Part shown: positions 37,830 through 46,220 of the stretch, piece after piece
How the letters are laid out: each line of letters starts with the position of its first letter
Position numbering within the stretch: position 1 is the first letter of the stretch
Source: an uncultured Bacteroidia bacterium
GTDB taxonomy: Bacteria; Bacteroidota; Bacteroidia; Bacteroidales; ML635J-15
Assembly (NCBI GenBank): GCA_902790405.1
Contig: CADARW010000001.1
Location: 1-46,220 of the forward strand
Length of the DNA: 46,220 nucleotides
Direction of reading: 5' to 3'
The notes under the pieces: model-generated
Database searches by the model: none
Seen by the model: only the letters and a program-made list of their open reading frames with translations
Told to the model about the DNA's origin: nothing
Made by a program: the position numbers and the translations under genes

Positions 37830-38861
37830 TTATTTGGAAATGTTAAGTTTTACGCCATCGACGAGTTTTGCCTGACCGACAACAACAAGTTCGTCGCCTT
37901 CCTTAAGTTCGTCTGATATTATTTCAATCTTGTCGTCGAAACGCTTGCCCATTTCAACAACAATGCGCTTTGCATAGCCGTCGTTGTTGATGAACACATA
38001 CCTTTCGTTTGCACCTTGCAGTTTCAGTACCGACTGATATGGAACGATTATTGCTTCGATGTTGTTGAGGTCGATGTTTACGCTCATGTACATACCTGGG
38101 CGAAGTTCTTCCTTTGCGTTCGGAATTCTAACCTTTGCCTGGAAAGTATGGGTATTGGGGTCAATTGTCGGGTAGATGATTTCGATTGTTCCTTCGAAAG
38201 TGCGTCCCTTGTAGATGTCGGAACTGAGTTGAACTTTTGTTCCGGTCTTTATCATTGGGAAGTAGGCTTCGGGAATGTTTACTATTGCCTTCAGCGTGTT
38301 AATCTGTATCAATGTAAGTATTGGCATTCCGCTGTACAGTTCGCCCGACTCGAAGTTCTTTGCCGAAATTACACCCGAAAAATCTGCCTTTACATAAGTG
38401 TTCTTTTCGAGAAATTCAAGGTTTTCCTTTGTAAGGTCGTACTGCACCTTGGTCTGGTCGTAGGTCTGCTGCGATACGCTTCCGCTCTTTAGCAAGGCTT
38501 CTACGCGACCAAGTTCCTTTTCGAGGTTGGCAAACTGCAAACGAGTGGTTTTCAACTGCGTTTCGTCCATCTGCACAAGTGTCTGACCTTTGCTGACACG
38601 CGATGCCACATCAACATTTATCTTCTTTATGATACCTGTTACCGACGGCGAAATGTTCATAGTCTCGTATGGCTGCAACACTGCCGAGATGCTTATGCTC
38701 TTGGAGATAGTCTCCTTTGCAAGTGTCTGTACCGAAACCAATTCCGTCTTTTCTTCCTGAACATTGGCAACATTTGTCTCTTCTTTCTTCTCTTTGCATC
38801 CAGTTGCCGTCAGCATCATTGCTGCGATTAAGGCAACACCTATCAAATTCTTTATATTCAT
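37830..38861 (-). CDS. RND periplasmic adaptor (MFP) lipoprotein
   Basis: Lipobox ATGC; ISPSVTGII..V.KGQ.L, ADFSGVI, LRPGM. Confidence 0.92.
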   Translation of the reverse strand: MNIKNLIGVALIAAMMLTATGCKEKKEETNVANVQEEKTELVSVQTLAKETISKSISISAVLQPYETMNISPSVTGIIKKINVDVASRVSKGQTLVQMDETQLKTTRLQFANLEKELGRVEALLKSGSVSQQTYDQTKVQYDLTKENLEFLEKNTYVKADFSGVISAKNFESGELYSGMPILTLIQINTLKAIVNIPEAYFPMIKTGTKVQLSSDIYKGRTFEGTIEIIYPTIDPNTHTFQAKVRIPNAKEELRPGMYMSVNIDLNNIEAIIVPYQSVLKLQGANERYVFINNDGYAKRIVVEMGKRFDDKIEIISDELKEGDELVVVGQAKLVDGVKLNISK

Positions 38862-38870
38862 TGTTTTGAC

Positions 38871-40169
38871 TTATTTTCTATTCAACAGTTGTTCAAATTC
38901 TATCTGTGCGTTCACGAGGTTCAGCACGGCCGAAATGTAGTTGCTCTGTGCCGAAATGATGTCGCTGCTTGCGGTTGTGAGCTCAAGGCTTGATGCCATT
39001 CCGTGTTCAAACTTGTTCGAAACATTGGTAAACACACGTTCGGTGACTTCGAGGTTAAGTTTCTGAGCCTCGTAGGTTTCGTAGTTTGAGGTTACATTGT
39101 AGCGCAGCTGGCGTTCCTGAACGAGGAGGGCATCGCGGGTTGTTTCGATGGTGTTCTGGAACTTCTCGTATTCTATTTTTGCCTGCTTCACATCCGACCA
39201 AGTCTTTCCGCTGCTCCATATCGGGACATTAAGCGTAAGACCGATGAGGTTTGGAGGCGTCATGTTGAAACCTTCCTTCTTTCCGAAATATGTTCTTCCC
39301 GAATACTGGTAGTATGCGCTCAAGGTCGGGACATAACCCATAATTTTGAGGTCAATCTGCTTCTTGAGCAGTTTTGAGTTTTCTTGGAGCAACTGGTAGT
39401 TGTAGTTGTTCTCCACATTGAAGGTTTCGTTTTGCAGAGCGAGAATTGCTTCGGGCTTCAGAATGTCGTCAACAGTCTGGGTGAGAGTGAGTTTTGTATT
39501 TACACCGCAGCCAAGTTGCAGGCGCATTGAGTTTTCGAGCATTTCGAGCGACCTATTTGTCGAGCTTATGCTTGTGCGGAGCGACAGAACCTGAACCATC
39601 AGCTTGTCGGCATCGGTTTGTTCGGCGGCGCCAACATCAACGGCATTTTGTGTTGTTTCTTGCAGGCTTTCAAGGTTTTCGAGACTGCGTTCAAGCAATT
39701 CGGTGGTGTTCTGCATCACAAGAATCGACATGTAAATCTTTGCCACCTGGTAGCGTATTTCGTCTTCGGACTGCTGGGTAGTAATGTCGGCGAGGGTTTT
39801 GGACATTTCGGCCATTTGTATGCCAATTATTTGCTGTCCTGTAAGAGCTACCGAGGCGGTAATTCCGAGGGTTCCAGTTGCCGGCATCGACATTGACATT
39901 GGACCGAGATTCATTTCGTATCCGCAATAGTTTGAGTATCCGAGGCTTGCGCTGACTTGCGGAAGCATTGAAGCTATTGTGCCCCATTTGGCGGCTTCGG
40001 CCTTGCGGATGTCGAGACTTGAGTTTTTCAATGTCTTGTTGTGCTCAACTGCGTAGTCCTGAGCCGATTTTAGCGAAATTGATAACGCTCCGTCTTCGTT
40101 TTGTGCAAATGAATGTGCAGCCGACAGCAGCATAAGCACTGCGGTTGTAATTAATGCAATTCTTCTCAT
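38871..40169 (-). CDS. TolC-family outer membrane efflux protein
   Basis: Signal peptide; LPQVSAS, LNVPIWSSG, FEHGMASSLEL; operon context. Confidence 0.9.
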   Translation of the reverse strand: MRRIALITTAVLMLLSAAHSFAQNEDGALSISLKSAQDYAVEHNKTLKNSSLDIRKAEAAKWGTIASMLPQVSASLGYSNYCGYEMNLGPMSMSMPATGTLGITASVALTGQQIIGIQMAEMSKTLADITTQQSEDEIRYQVAKIYMSILVMQNTTELLERSLENLESLQETTQNAVDVGAAEQTDADKLMVQVLSLRTSISSTNRSLEMLENSMRLQLGCGVNTKLTLTQTVDDILKPEAILALQNETFNVENNYNYQLLQENSKLLKKQIDLKIMGYVPTLSAYYQYSGRTYFGKKEGFNMTPPNLIGLTLNVPIWSSGKTWSDVKQAKIEYEKFQNTIETTRDALLVQERQLRYNVTSNYETYEAQKLNLEVTERVFTNVSNKFEHGMASSLELTTASSDIISAQSNYISAVLNLVNAQIEFEQLLNRK

Positions 40170-40795
40170 TTGTTATCTTTGCTTTTTATGAGTTTCTTTA
40201 CCTTTTCGTTAATTATTTCCTGTCCCTGAGGTGTTGATATTCCGAGCAGTATTGGAATTGTAAGAGTGTGATGGAAAGCTACTGGAGGCTTGCTCTTGAC
40301 AAATTCCTGTTCGTTTTCGTAGATTTCGACAAGTTTCTGTAGTGTGAAAATCAGAATGTCGGTATCCACATCTTTTTTGAAGTAGTTTTCAATTTTGCCA
40401 CGTTCAATAAGCTTGAATATTGTGGTATAGGTTTCTTCTCTGATTTTCTTATAGGCAGACGAGTATATTGCTGGGTGGTATTTTATCAAATCCTCCAATG
40501 TCTTGGGATTAGTCTTCGATTTTGCGCTGGCTTGTACCTTCTCCTCGGCAATGCTGAAGATAGCATCGAGCACATTGTCGCTTTCGGAAATGATTTTTTT
40601 GATTTTTTCGTCGGCCTTTTTCATCTCGTGCTGCATTACCTGCATCACAAGGTCGTCCTTGTCCTTGAAAATTTCGTAGAGAGTTCGCTTCGATATTTTC
40701 ATGTCCATCGATATGCTGTCCATAGTTACCGACTTGATACCGTTGGCGTTGAACATCTTTGCGACCTCTTCCAATATGGTTTCCTTTTCTATCAT
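40166..40795 (-). CDS. TetR/AcrR family transcriptional regulator
   Basis: F..NGIKSVTMDSI..MKISKRTLYE.FKDKDDL HTH; ATGA overlap with tolC. Confidence 0.92.
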   Translation of the reverse strand: MIEKETILEEVAKMFNANGIKSVTMDSISMDMKISKRTLYEIFKDKDDLVMQVMQHEMKKADEKIKKIISESDNVLDAIFSIAEEKVQASAKSKTNPKTLEDLIKYHPAIYSSAYKKIREETYTTIFKLIERGKIENYFKKDVDTDILIFTLQKLVEIYENEQEFVKSKPPVAFHHTLTIPILLGISTPQGQEIINEKVKKLIKSKDNK

Positions 40796-40825
40796 AAAGT
40801 GTCCGTTAAATAATGGCGCGAAATT

Positions 40826-40856
40826 AGAAAACTTTTGTGTAGTGAAAACGTTTTCT
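40826..40856. promoter_or_regulatory. Candidate TetR operator
   Basis: AGAAAAC(40826)...GTTTTCT(40856) inverted repeat and a perfect GAAAACGTTTTC palindrome, next to a TAATTTCG -7-like box. Confidence 0.4.
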
Positions 40857-40968
40857 GTGGTTAAAGTTTTGTTAATAGAAAAAGGCTTGCAGTAGAGTAG
40901 GCGTACAGTCGAAAATGCCTATATTTTCAAACGGCATCAGCCATTGAACTTCAAATAATATATTCGAT

Positions 40969-41036
40969 TGTACAGACGCAATGCATTATATTTTGCGCAA
41001 ATTATTTCTAACGGCGCAAATCATTGCGTCGCTACA
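40969..41036. repeat. REP-like palindrome doublet, copy 3
   Basis: TGTACAGACGCAATGCATT...GGCGCAAATCATTGCGTCGCTACA. Confidence 0.65.
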
Positions 41037-41039
41037 ATT

Positions 41040-41087
41040 TTCAAATTGTTGAATCTTTAAATTTTCAAATCTTTGAATCTTCAAATG
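41040..41087. repeat. Degenerate octamer tract (TTYRAATY)x6 overlapping the dacA 3' end
   Basis: TTCAAATT GTTGAATC TTTAAATT TTCAAATC TTTGAATC TTCAAATG. Confidence 0.65.
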
Positions 41088-41907
41088 CCTTATCGGCATC
41101 TTTTTCTGCCTTGTGTTCCTTTTTGTTTTCAGTTTTTTTGCGCAGGTAGGCGAGGATTGCTTTTTTCAGGTAGTCGCGTCCCGATGCCTTGTGTATTTGT
41201 GCGTTTTGGGCTATTGAAATGTTGCCCGACTGTTCCGATACGATGATTACCAATGCGTCGGAGGTCTCGGAAATGCCGAGTCCGGAGCGGTGGCGCAGAC
41301 CATATTCGTTTGGCAGGTTGGGGTTTTGTGATACTGGCAGAATGCACTTTGCAGCGACAATCCTATTTTTCTCAATTATCATTGCTCCGTCGTGGAGTGG
41401 AGCGTTTTTGTAGAATATTGCCTTGATTAGCTGGGTGTTGATGTCGGCGTTTACGGTTTCGCCAGTCTGGATGATTGTTTGCAGCGATGTTTCGCGAGTT
41501 ATTACGATAAGAGCGCCAGTTTTGCTTTCCGACATTTCCATACATGCCTGCACTATGCTTTCGACAGCTTCGAGCGAAAAGTCGTTGCGCAGTTTCACCT
41601 TGCCGACAAGAAAGCCCCGCTTAAAATATTTGTCGCCAAGCATAAGTAGGAACTGTCTTACTTCCTGCTGGAAAACTACAATCAGCGCAATAACACCAAC
41701 GCCAATTACTTGTCCCATAATCGATTCCACAAGTTCCATCTTGAGAGCCTTTACAATCAGCCACACAAGATATACAATGGCAATTCCGAAGAAAATCTTC
41801 ATGGCTGCCGTACCTTTAATCATCTGGTAGAGTTTGTACAGCAGGAATGCGACAATGAGAATGTCGATAACATCAATGATGGTAATATGTATCAGCGACA
41901 ATAACAC
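41065..41907 (-). CDS. dacA: Diadenylate cyclase (CdaA/DacA)
   Basis: Three N-terminal TM helices, VVFQQEVR, GALIV, PLHDGAM, GLRHRSG, IVSEQSG; GTG start. Confidence 0.93.
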   Translation of the reverse strand: MLLSLIHITIIDVIDILIVAFLLYKLYQMIKGTAAMKIFFGIAIVYLVWLIVKALKMELVESIMGQVIGVGVIALIVVFQQEVRQFLLMLGDKYFKRGFLVGKVKLRNDFSLEAVESIVQACMEMSESKTGALIVITRETSLQTIIQTGETVNADINTQLIKAIFYKNAPLHDGAMIIEKNRIVAAKCILPVSQNPNLPNEYGLRHRSGLGISETSDALVIIVSEQSGNISIAQNAQIHKASGRDYLKKAILAYLRKKTENKKEHKAEKDADKAFEDSKI

Positions 41908-41940
41908 CTATTATATATTATGGCGCAAAAGTAAGAAATA

Positions 41941-41968
41941 TTTACGAAGTACGATTTACGATTTTTGA
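41941..41968. repeat. Heptamer tandem repeat
   Basis: TTTACGA AGTACGA TTTACGA TTTTTGA. Confidence 0.65.
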
Positions 41969-42907
41969 TTATTCCGTAAGCCCAGCAATTATTTCCTTTA
42001 TCGGCTTTACTTCGTGTACGTGCTCTATTGCAACACCTGCGCACCATACTGTCTTGTAGGTTGCCTTGAATGCTGAGTCGTAGAGTTTTTTCATTCCGGC
42101 CTTCATCATTACCGACTTGGCAAACTTCTTTAAAGCAGAATTGCTATTTATAAGCCGTTCCCAGATGTTTGGCTTGTTGCCAATCTGTTGCAAGTAGGGG
42201 GTGTTTATCACTGCCGTCGGACTGCCCGAAAGTTTGCGCGTCATTACAATGTCCTTGGCTCCGTATTCGACGACGGCCTTTTTGTATTCGTCCGAAACCT
42301 TGCATTCGTCGCTGGCAATGAATATGGTGCCTACCGAAACTCCTGCCGCACCCATTCCCAATGCCTTGTCAACATCCTGCTTGCGGGCTATGCCACCTGC
42401 ATATATAATAGGTATGTGGCAGTTGTCGACTAGGTTGGGCATTAATTCGTCGGGAGTGAGCATTCCTGAATGTCCGCCAGCAAGCGAGTTGACTGCGATA
42501 ATTGCATCAGCACCAAGACTTTCGACTTTTTGTGCAAACTTTAAATCTACCACATCGCAGAAAACCTTGATGCCGTTTGCGTGGGCAATTTCTATTGCCT
42601 GCCTGGGACTTCCAAGCGATGTGATTATGAATGCAGGTTTGGCTTCAACTATTTCGGCAAGTTGCTGCTTGTAGCGCGTGTTCGACTTGTTTACCACAAG
42701 GTTTATTCCGAAAGGCTTGTCTGTTTTTGCCTTGATGCTGGCGATTGCGGTGGCAATTTCGCCTTTTTTGCGGTAGTTGGCGGCCGGGATGGCGGCAGTA
42801 ATTCCACATTGGAGTGCAGCGACAACCATTTCCTCGTTACTGACGAGGAACATCGGAGCCATGATTATGGGATGCTCGATATGTAATATGTCGCAGAGTG
42901 TTTGCAT
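41969..42907 (-). CDS. Nitronate monooxygenase / FabK-like FMN enzyme
   Basis: PIIMAPM, KPFGINL, AGGHSG, PIIYAGGI, GVSVGTIFIASDEC. Confidence 0.88.
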   Translation of the reverse strand: MQTLCDILHIEHPIIMAPMFLVSNEEMVVAALQCGITAAIPAANYRKKGEIATAIASIKAKTDKPFGINLVVNKSNTRYKQQLAEIVEAKPAFIITSLGSPRQAIEIAHANGIKVFCDVVDLKFAQKVESLGADAIIAVNSLAGGHSGMLTPDELMPNLVDNCHIPIIYAGGIARKQDVDKALGMGAAGVSVGTIFIASDECKVSDEYKKAVVEYGAKDIVMTRKLSGSPTAVINTPYLQQIGNKPNIWERLINSNSALKKFAKSVMMKAGMKKLYDSAFKATYKTVWCAGVAIEHVHEVKPIKEIIAGLTE

Positions 42908-42909
42908 TG

Positions 42910-43413
42910 CTATAGACCGAGAGAGTTGTTGGTTTCGGTTGACTCGAAATACTCATCTACGAGCAGGTTGGCGCCAGTGGCGGCGGCAACGGCAAGCTGG
43001 TCGCAACGGTTGTTGTATGGATTGTCGGCGTGGCCTTTTACCCAGACGAACTTTACGTTGTGTTGCTTGTATATACGAACAAATCTTGACCATAAGTCGG
43101 GATTCTTAACCTTGTTGAACCCTTTTTTTATCCAGCCATAAATCCAGTTTTGGTTTATTGCGTCGGCAACGTATTTGGAATCGGTGTAGATTGTAACGTT
43201 CGAATTTGGAATTTTCAGCATTTCGAGGGCAGTGATGACACCGAGCAGTTCCATGCGGTTGTTGGTGGTACGGCGGAATCCGCAGGCTACATCCTTACGG
43301 AATTTTCCGCTCATGAGTACGATTCCGTATCCGCCTGGACCAGGATTTCCGCGCGATGAGCCATCGGTGTAGATTGTTATTGTAGGCGGTGTAGCCGTTT
43401 TTTCTTCTGCCAT
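42910..43413 (-). CDS. rnhA: Ribonuclease HI
   Basis: IYTDGSSRGNPGPGG, TTNNRMEL, YTDSKY, KNPDLW, WVKGHA, N.RCDQLA. Confidence 0.96.
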   Translation of the reverse strand: MAEEKTATPPTITIYTDGSSRGNPGPGGYGIVLMSGKFRKDVACGFRRTTNNRMELLGVITALEMLKIPNSNVTIYTDSKYVADAINQNWIYGWIKKGFNKVKNPDLWSRFVRIYKQHNVKFVWVKGHADNPYNNRCDQLAVAAATGANLLVDEYFESTETNNSLGL

Positions 43414-45398
43414 TACCTTGCAATAAGAACCTTTTCGGTTACGCTGTGTCCGTCGATGTTCATCTTTATGAAATACAAGCCTTCGCTGTAGTCGCTTACG
43501 TTCAGCTCGATGCTGCCTTCACTGCTGTTGGTGTTTTGTGTAGCGACTTTGCGACCGAGCATGTCGTAGATGTCGATGGTTATGTCCTTGCCATATTCAA
43601 CGGTGCCAAGGTTGATGTTGACAATGCTGCTGGCTGGGTTAGGGTAGATGCTTATATCGTGGTCGGCAGCATAGTCCTCGATGTCGACGATGCAAGTTAC
43701 GGGGCGTATTGCTGTTGACGTTCTGATTCCGAACTTCTCGAAAGCGGTTAGCCATTCGTCTCCACTCTTCACATACAAGGTGTTGGAGCCAGATTCGCTT
43801 CTATTTGGGGCAATGCTTACTACAAACCAGTCGCCTTCGCCATTTTGGTTAGTTCCGTTGTAGTTTATTTTGTATCCTGCATAGAAAGGACCATCGATGA
43901 TTGCAGGGTCGTCGAATTCGACAACGTAGTTGTAATTTTCGGGAATGTCGCGCAGGTAAATTTTCTTTTCGGCAAGAATAGATTCGGGAGTCTGTGTGTT
44001 TCCGTCCCAGATGTAGAACGTTACATACGAATTGTAAGTGCCTGCTTGCGATTTGAAAACAGGGACAATTATTGCGTCAACCCTCTCGAAAGAATATTGG
44101 TTAAATTTGTCGGCGTAAACTTTGGTTCTCTGTCCGTTGTGTCCGCCTACGAATCCCCATGAACCGCTAACTAGCGGGTTGCTAGGAATTTCGTTTGGAC
44201 GAATGTTTGATATTGTGTCGCAGTATTGAGGCACAGGTCCCGAGAATACCATTATATAGTCTTCCTTTGTAATCGATGTTACACCGCATTCGTTTGAAAC
44301 AGAGTGGAAAACATCGTAGAAACCTGCTGCGTTGTATTCGATACCATTAATAATATTGGCTGTTGCGGCGGTGGTTGGATAACCTCCTTCAAATTCCCAT
44401 GCCCATGCAGTCGGGTTATTTGTTGATAGGTCTTCGAAGTAAACTCTTGTGCCTGAGCGGATAAGACGTGGTGTAGCCTTGAAGTCGGCTTCGGGGATTG
44501 CCACGCATGGGTCGGTATTGGCAACGGTGATATAGTTTTCGCGGCGTAAAGTATCGAGTCCCAAGCTACTTTCGATAACGAGTTCAACATCGTAGGTGCC
44601 TGGCATAGGGAACATAATTCCAGTTGGGTTTTGTACGTTTGATGTTGTTGGAACAGCGCCTTCGAAGAACCAGTGCCAGATGTATGGCGTTCCGAGGCTT
44701 CGATCGGTGAAGTTGATGGCATCGCCTGGAGCAATGTATGTCCTGTCGGCCATAAAGTTGGCTTCGGGACGTGTGGTTGCTTCGGGAACAACGTTGATAT
44801 AGAAGTTTTTCGTTTCGGTGTCACTGTTGCCGTTCATGTCGGTAACGGTAAGTTCGACGTTGTACTGTCCCGCATGCGGATAGGTGATAGGCGTTGGGCG
44901 TTCATCTGTCGATGTCGATGGCATACCGCCTTCGAACGACCACTGGTATGTTACGAACGGTCCGTTTTGCGACAGGCTTGTGAACTGCACTATGCTATTT
45001 TCGGGAATTGTCGTAAAGTTGGCGGTGAAATCGGCAATTGGCGTTTCGGTGTTTGGAAGCACTGTGATGCACTCGGGTATAACTTCGGTGTTGACCATTG
45101 CTCCGTTCTGAACTTCAAGGATTACCGAATATGTGCCTGGGTAGTAGTAGCATATATTTTGTGGGTGCTGTTCGTTTGATGTTGTTGTTTGTGCACCTTC
45201 GAATGTCCACTGCCAGTGAGTTGGGTTGCCAGTAGTCATGTCGGTGAAGTAAACGCATTCGCCAGCGGTTATTTCGTACGAAGAAACGAGAAACTGTGCG
45301 TCGAGTCCAGCTCTGTCTTTGCCTTTTTGCGAGAATGCGTTGACGGACAGCACTACGAGTGCTATTATTATTGCCGTGATTTTCAGTATGTTTTTCAT
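43413..45398 (-). CDS. T9SS-secreted protein with four PKD domains
   Basis: Four F.D.S...PT.W.W.FEGG/A...G.Y.V.L repeats; CTD IYPNPAS..GLYFIK..KVLIAR; signal peptide from ATG 45398. Confidence 0.88.
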   Translation of the reverse strand: MKNILKITAIIIALVVLSVNAFSQKGKDRAGLDAQFLVSSYEITAGECVYFTDMTTGNPTHWQWTFEGAQTTTSNEQHPQNICYYYPGTYSVILEVQNGAMVNTEVIPECITVLPNTETPIADFTANFTTIPENSIVQFTSLSQNGPFVTYQWSFEGGMPSTSTDERPTPITYPHAGQYNVELTVTDMNGNSDTETKNFYINVVPEATTRPEANFMADRTYIAPGDAINFTDRSLGTPYIWHWFFEGAVPTTSNVQNPTGIMFPMPGTYDVELVIESSLGLDTLRRENYITVANTDPCVAIPEADFKATPRLIRSGTRVYFEDLSTNNPTAWAWEFEGGYPTTAATANIINGIEYNAAGFYDVFHSVSNECGVTSITKEDYIMVFSGPVPQYCDTISNIRPNEIPSNPLVSGSWGFVGGHNGQRTKVYADKFNQYSFERVDAIIVPVFKSQAGTYNSYVTFYIWDGNTQTPESILAEKKIYLRDIPENYNYVVEFDDPAIIDGPFYAGYKINYNGTNQNGEGDWFVVSIAPNRSESGSNTLYVKSGDEWLTAFEKFGIRTSTAIRPVTCIVDIEDYAADHDISIYPNPASSIVNINLGTVEYGKDITIDIYDMLGRKVATQNTNSSEGSIELNVSDYSEGLYFIKMNIDGHSVTEKVLIAR

Positions 45399-45517
45399 TT
45401 GAGCCAATTTTGATGATGAAACATAAAATATCAATTTGCAAATATAAAATTTAATTTGGAAATCGAGATGGGTTTTAAGAAAAAAAGAAAATTGCGTATG
45501 CGTTGCAGTATATAATG

Positions 45518-45542
45518 AGACGCAATAAATTGCGTCTGTACA
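45518..45542. repeat. REP-like palindrome, copy 4
   Basis: AGACGCAAT-AA-ATTGCGTCT-GTACA. Confidence 0.65.
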
Positions 45543-45587
45543 GATTTCTTTTTTTCGTCTTCCAGCCTTTTCGCCTGTCAGCCTCTT

Positions 45588-46184
45588 TTATTCGAATGGT
45601 TTTCTGTTTTTGATTGCCTGCGACAGTGTGATTTCGTCGGTGTACTGCAGTTCTTCGCCTACGGCGATACCCTTGGCGATTACGGTTACCTTTACGCCGG
45701 TTGACAGCAGTTTTTTATTTATGTAGTAGTTGGTTGTTTCGCCTTCCATGGTAGTTGGCAGGGCGAGGATAATTTCGTTGATTTCGCCGGAGGATGCCCG
45801 TTCTACGAGGTCGGCGATGTGAAGGTCGGTTGGGCTGATGCCGTCCATAGGCGAAATTACACCGCCAAGCACGTGGTAGGTGCCGTTGTATTGTGCTGTG
45901 GCTTCGATTGCCATCACGTCGTTGATGTTTTCGACAACGCATACGGTTGTGTGGTCGCGGTTTGGGTTAGCGCAGATTTCGCAGATGTCGTTTTCGGAGA
46001 TGTTGTTGCACACGTGGCAGAACTTGATGTTCTCCTTCATGCGCTGAATTGTTTCGGTGAAGTTGGTGACGTCGTCGAGTGATTTGCGCAGCAGGTGTAG
46101 CACGAAGCGTTGGGCGGTCTTGCGTCCTATTCCAGGCAGTGTCATGAACTGCTGTATCGATTCGTCGATGAGTTTGTTTTGCAT
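45588..46184 (-). CDS. recR: Recombination mediator RecR
   Basis: LPGIGRKTAQR, C..C.N.....CEIC zinc finger, CVVE, YHVLGGVISP, EGETT, YTDEITL. Confidence 0.97.
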   Translation of the reverse strand: MQNKLIDESIQQFMTLPGIGRKTAQRFVLHLLRKSLDDVTNFTETIQRMKENIKFCHVCNNISENDICEICANPNRDHTTVCVVENINDVMAIEATAQYNGTYHVLGGVISPMDGISPTDLHIADLVERASSGEINEIILALPTTMEGETTNYYINKKLLSTGVKVTVIAKGIAVGEELQYTDEITLSQAIKNRKPFE

Positions 46185-46200
46185 GGGACAAAGATAATTA

Positions 46201-46220
46201 AAAGTTAGGAGTTAAGAGTT
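46201..46220. repeat. Heptamer tandem tract running off the window edge
   Basis: AAAGTTA GGAGTTA AGAGTT. Confidence 0.5.

Overview
Chromosomal segment from a Bacteroidales-like bacterium, judged by TAnnTTTG -7 promoter boxes, T9SS C-terminal sorting domains and the parA-parB-DUF5683-mltD gene order. Most of it is housekeeping DNA: a GH92 alpha-mannosidase, galE, gpsA, an M20 dipeptidase, a nitroreductase, ddl, mltD, parAB, valS, a TetR-TolC-MFP-RND-PII-like efflux operon, a diadenylate cyclase, a nitronate monooxygenase-like flavoenzyme, rnhA, a PKD/T9SS protein and recR. Two accessory blocks stand out. (1) An AT-rich three-gene orphan cassette (487-2660) sits behind a ~320-nt, heavily base-paired leader that ends in a terminator-like hairpin before the first start codon. 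(2) Three tandem ~1400-1500 aa T9SS-secreted modular adhesin-like genes (17028-30650) each form a complete promoter-leader-CDS-terminator unit. All three carry the same 42-nt 5'-UTR motif, which has a pseudoknot-compatible fold with one compensatory change, a 9-codon uORF overlapping the main start codon, and an SD-like GGAGG in two copies. Their domain blocks are mosaic. Intergenic DNA also holds a dispersed GTAG-type REP-like palindrome family, other small palindromic repeats and 7-8-mer tandem tracts. No rRNA, tRNA, CRISPR array, transposase, integrase or reverse transcriptase was recognised. All family assignments are by eye from motifs; no database search was run.
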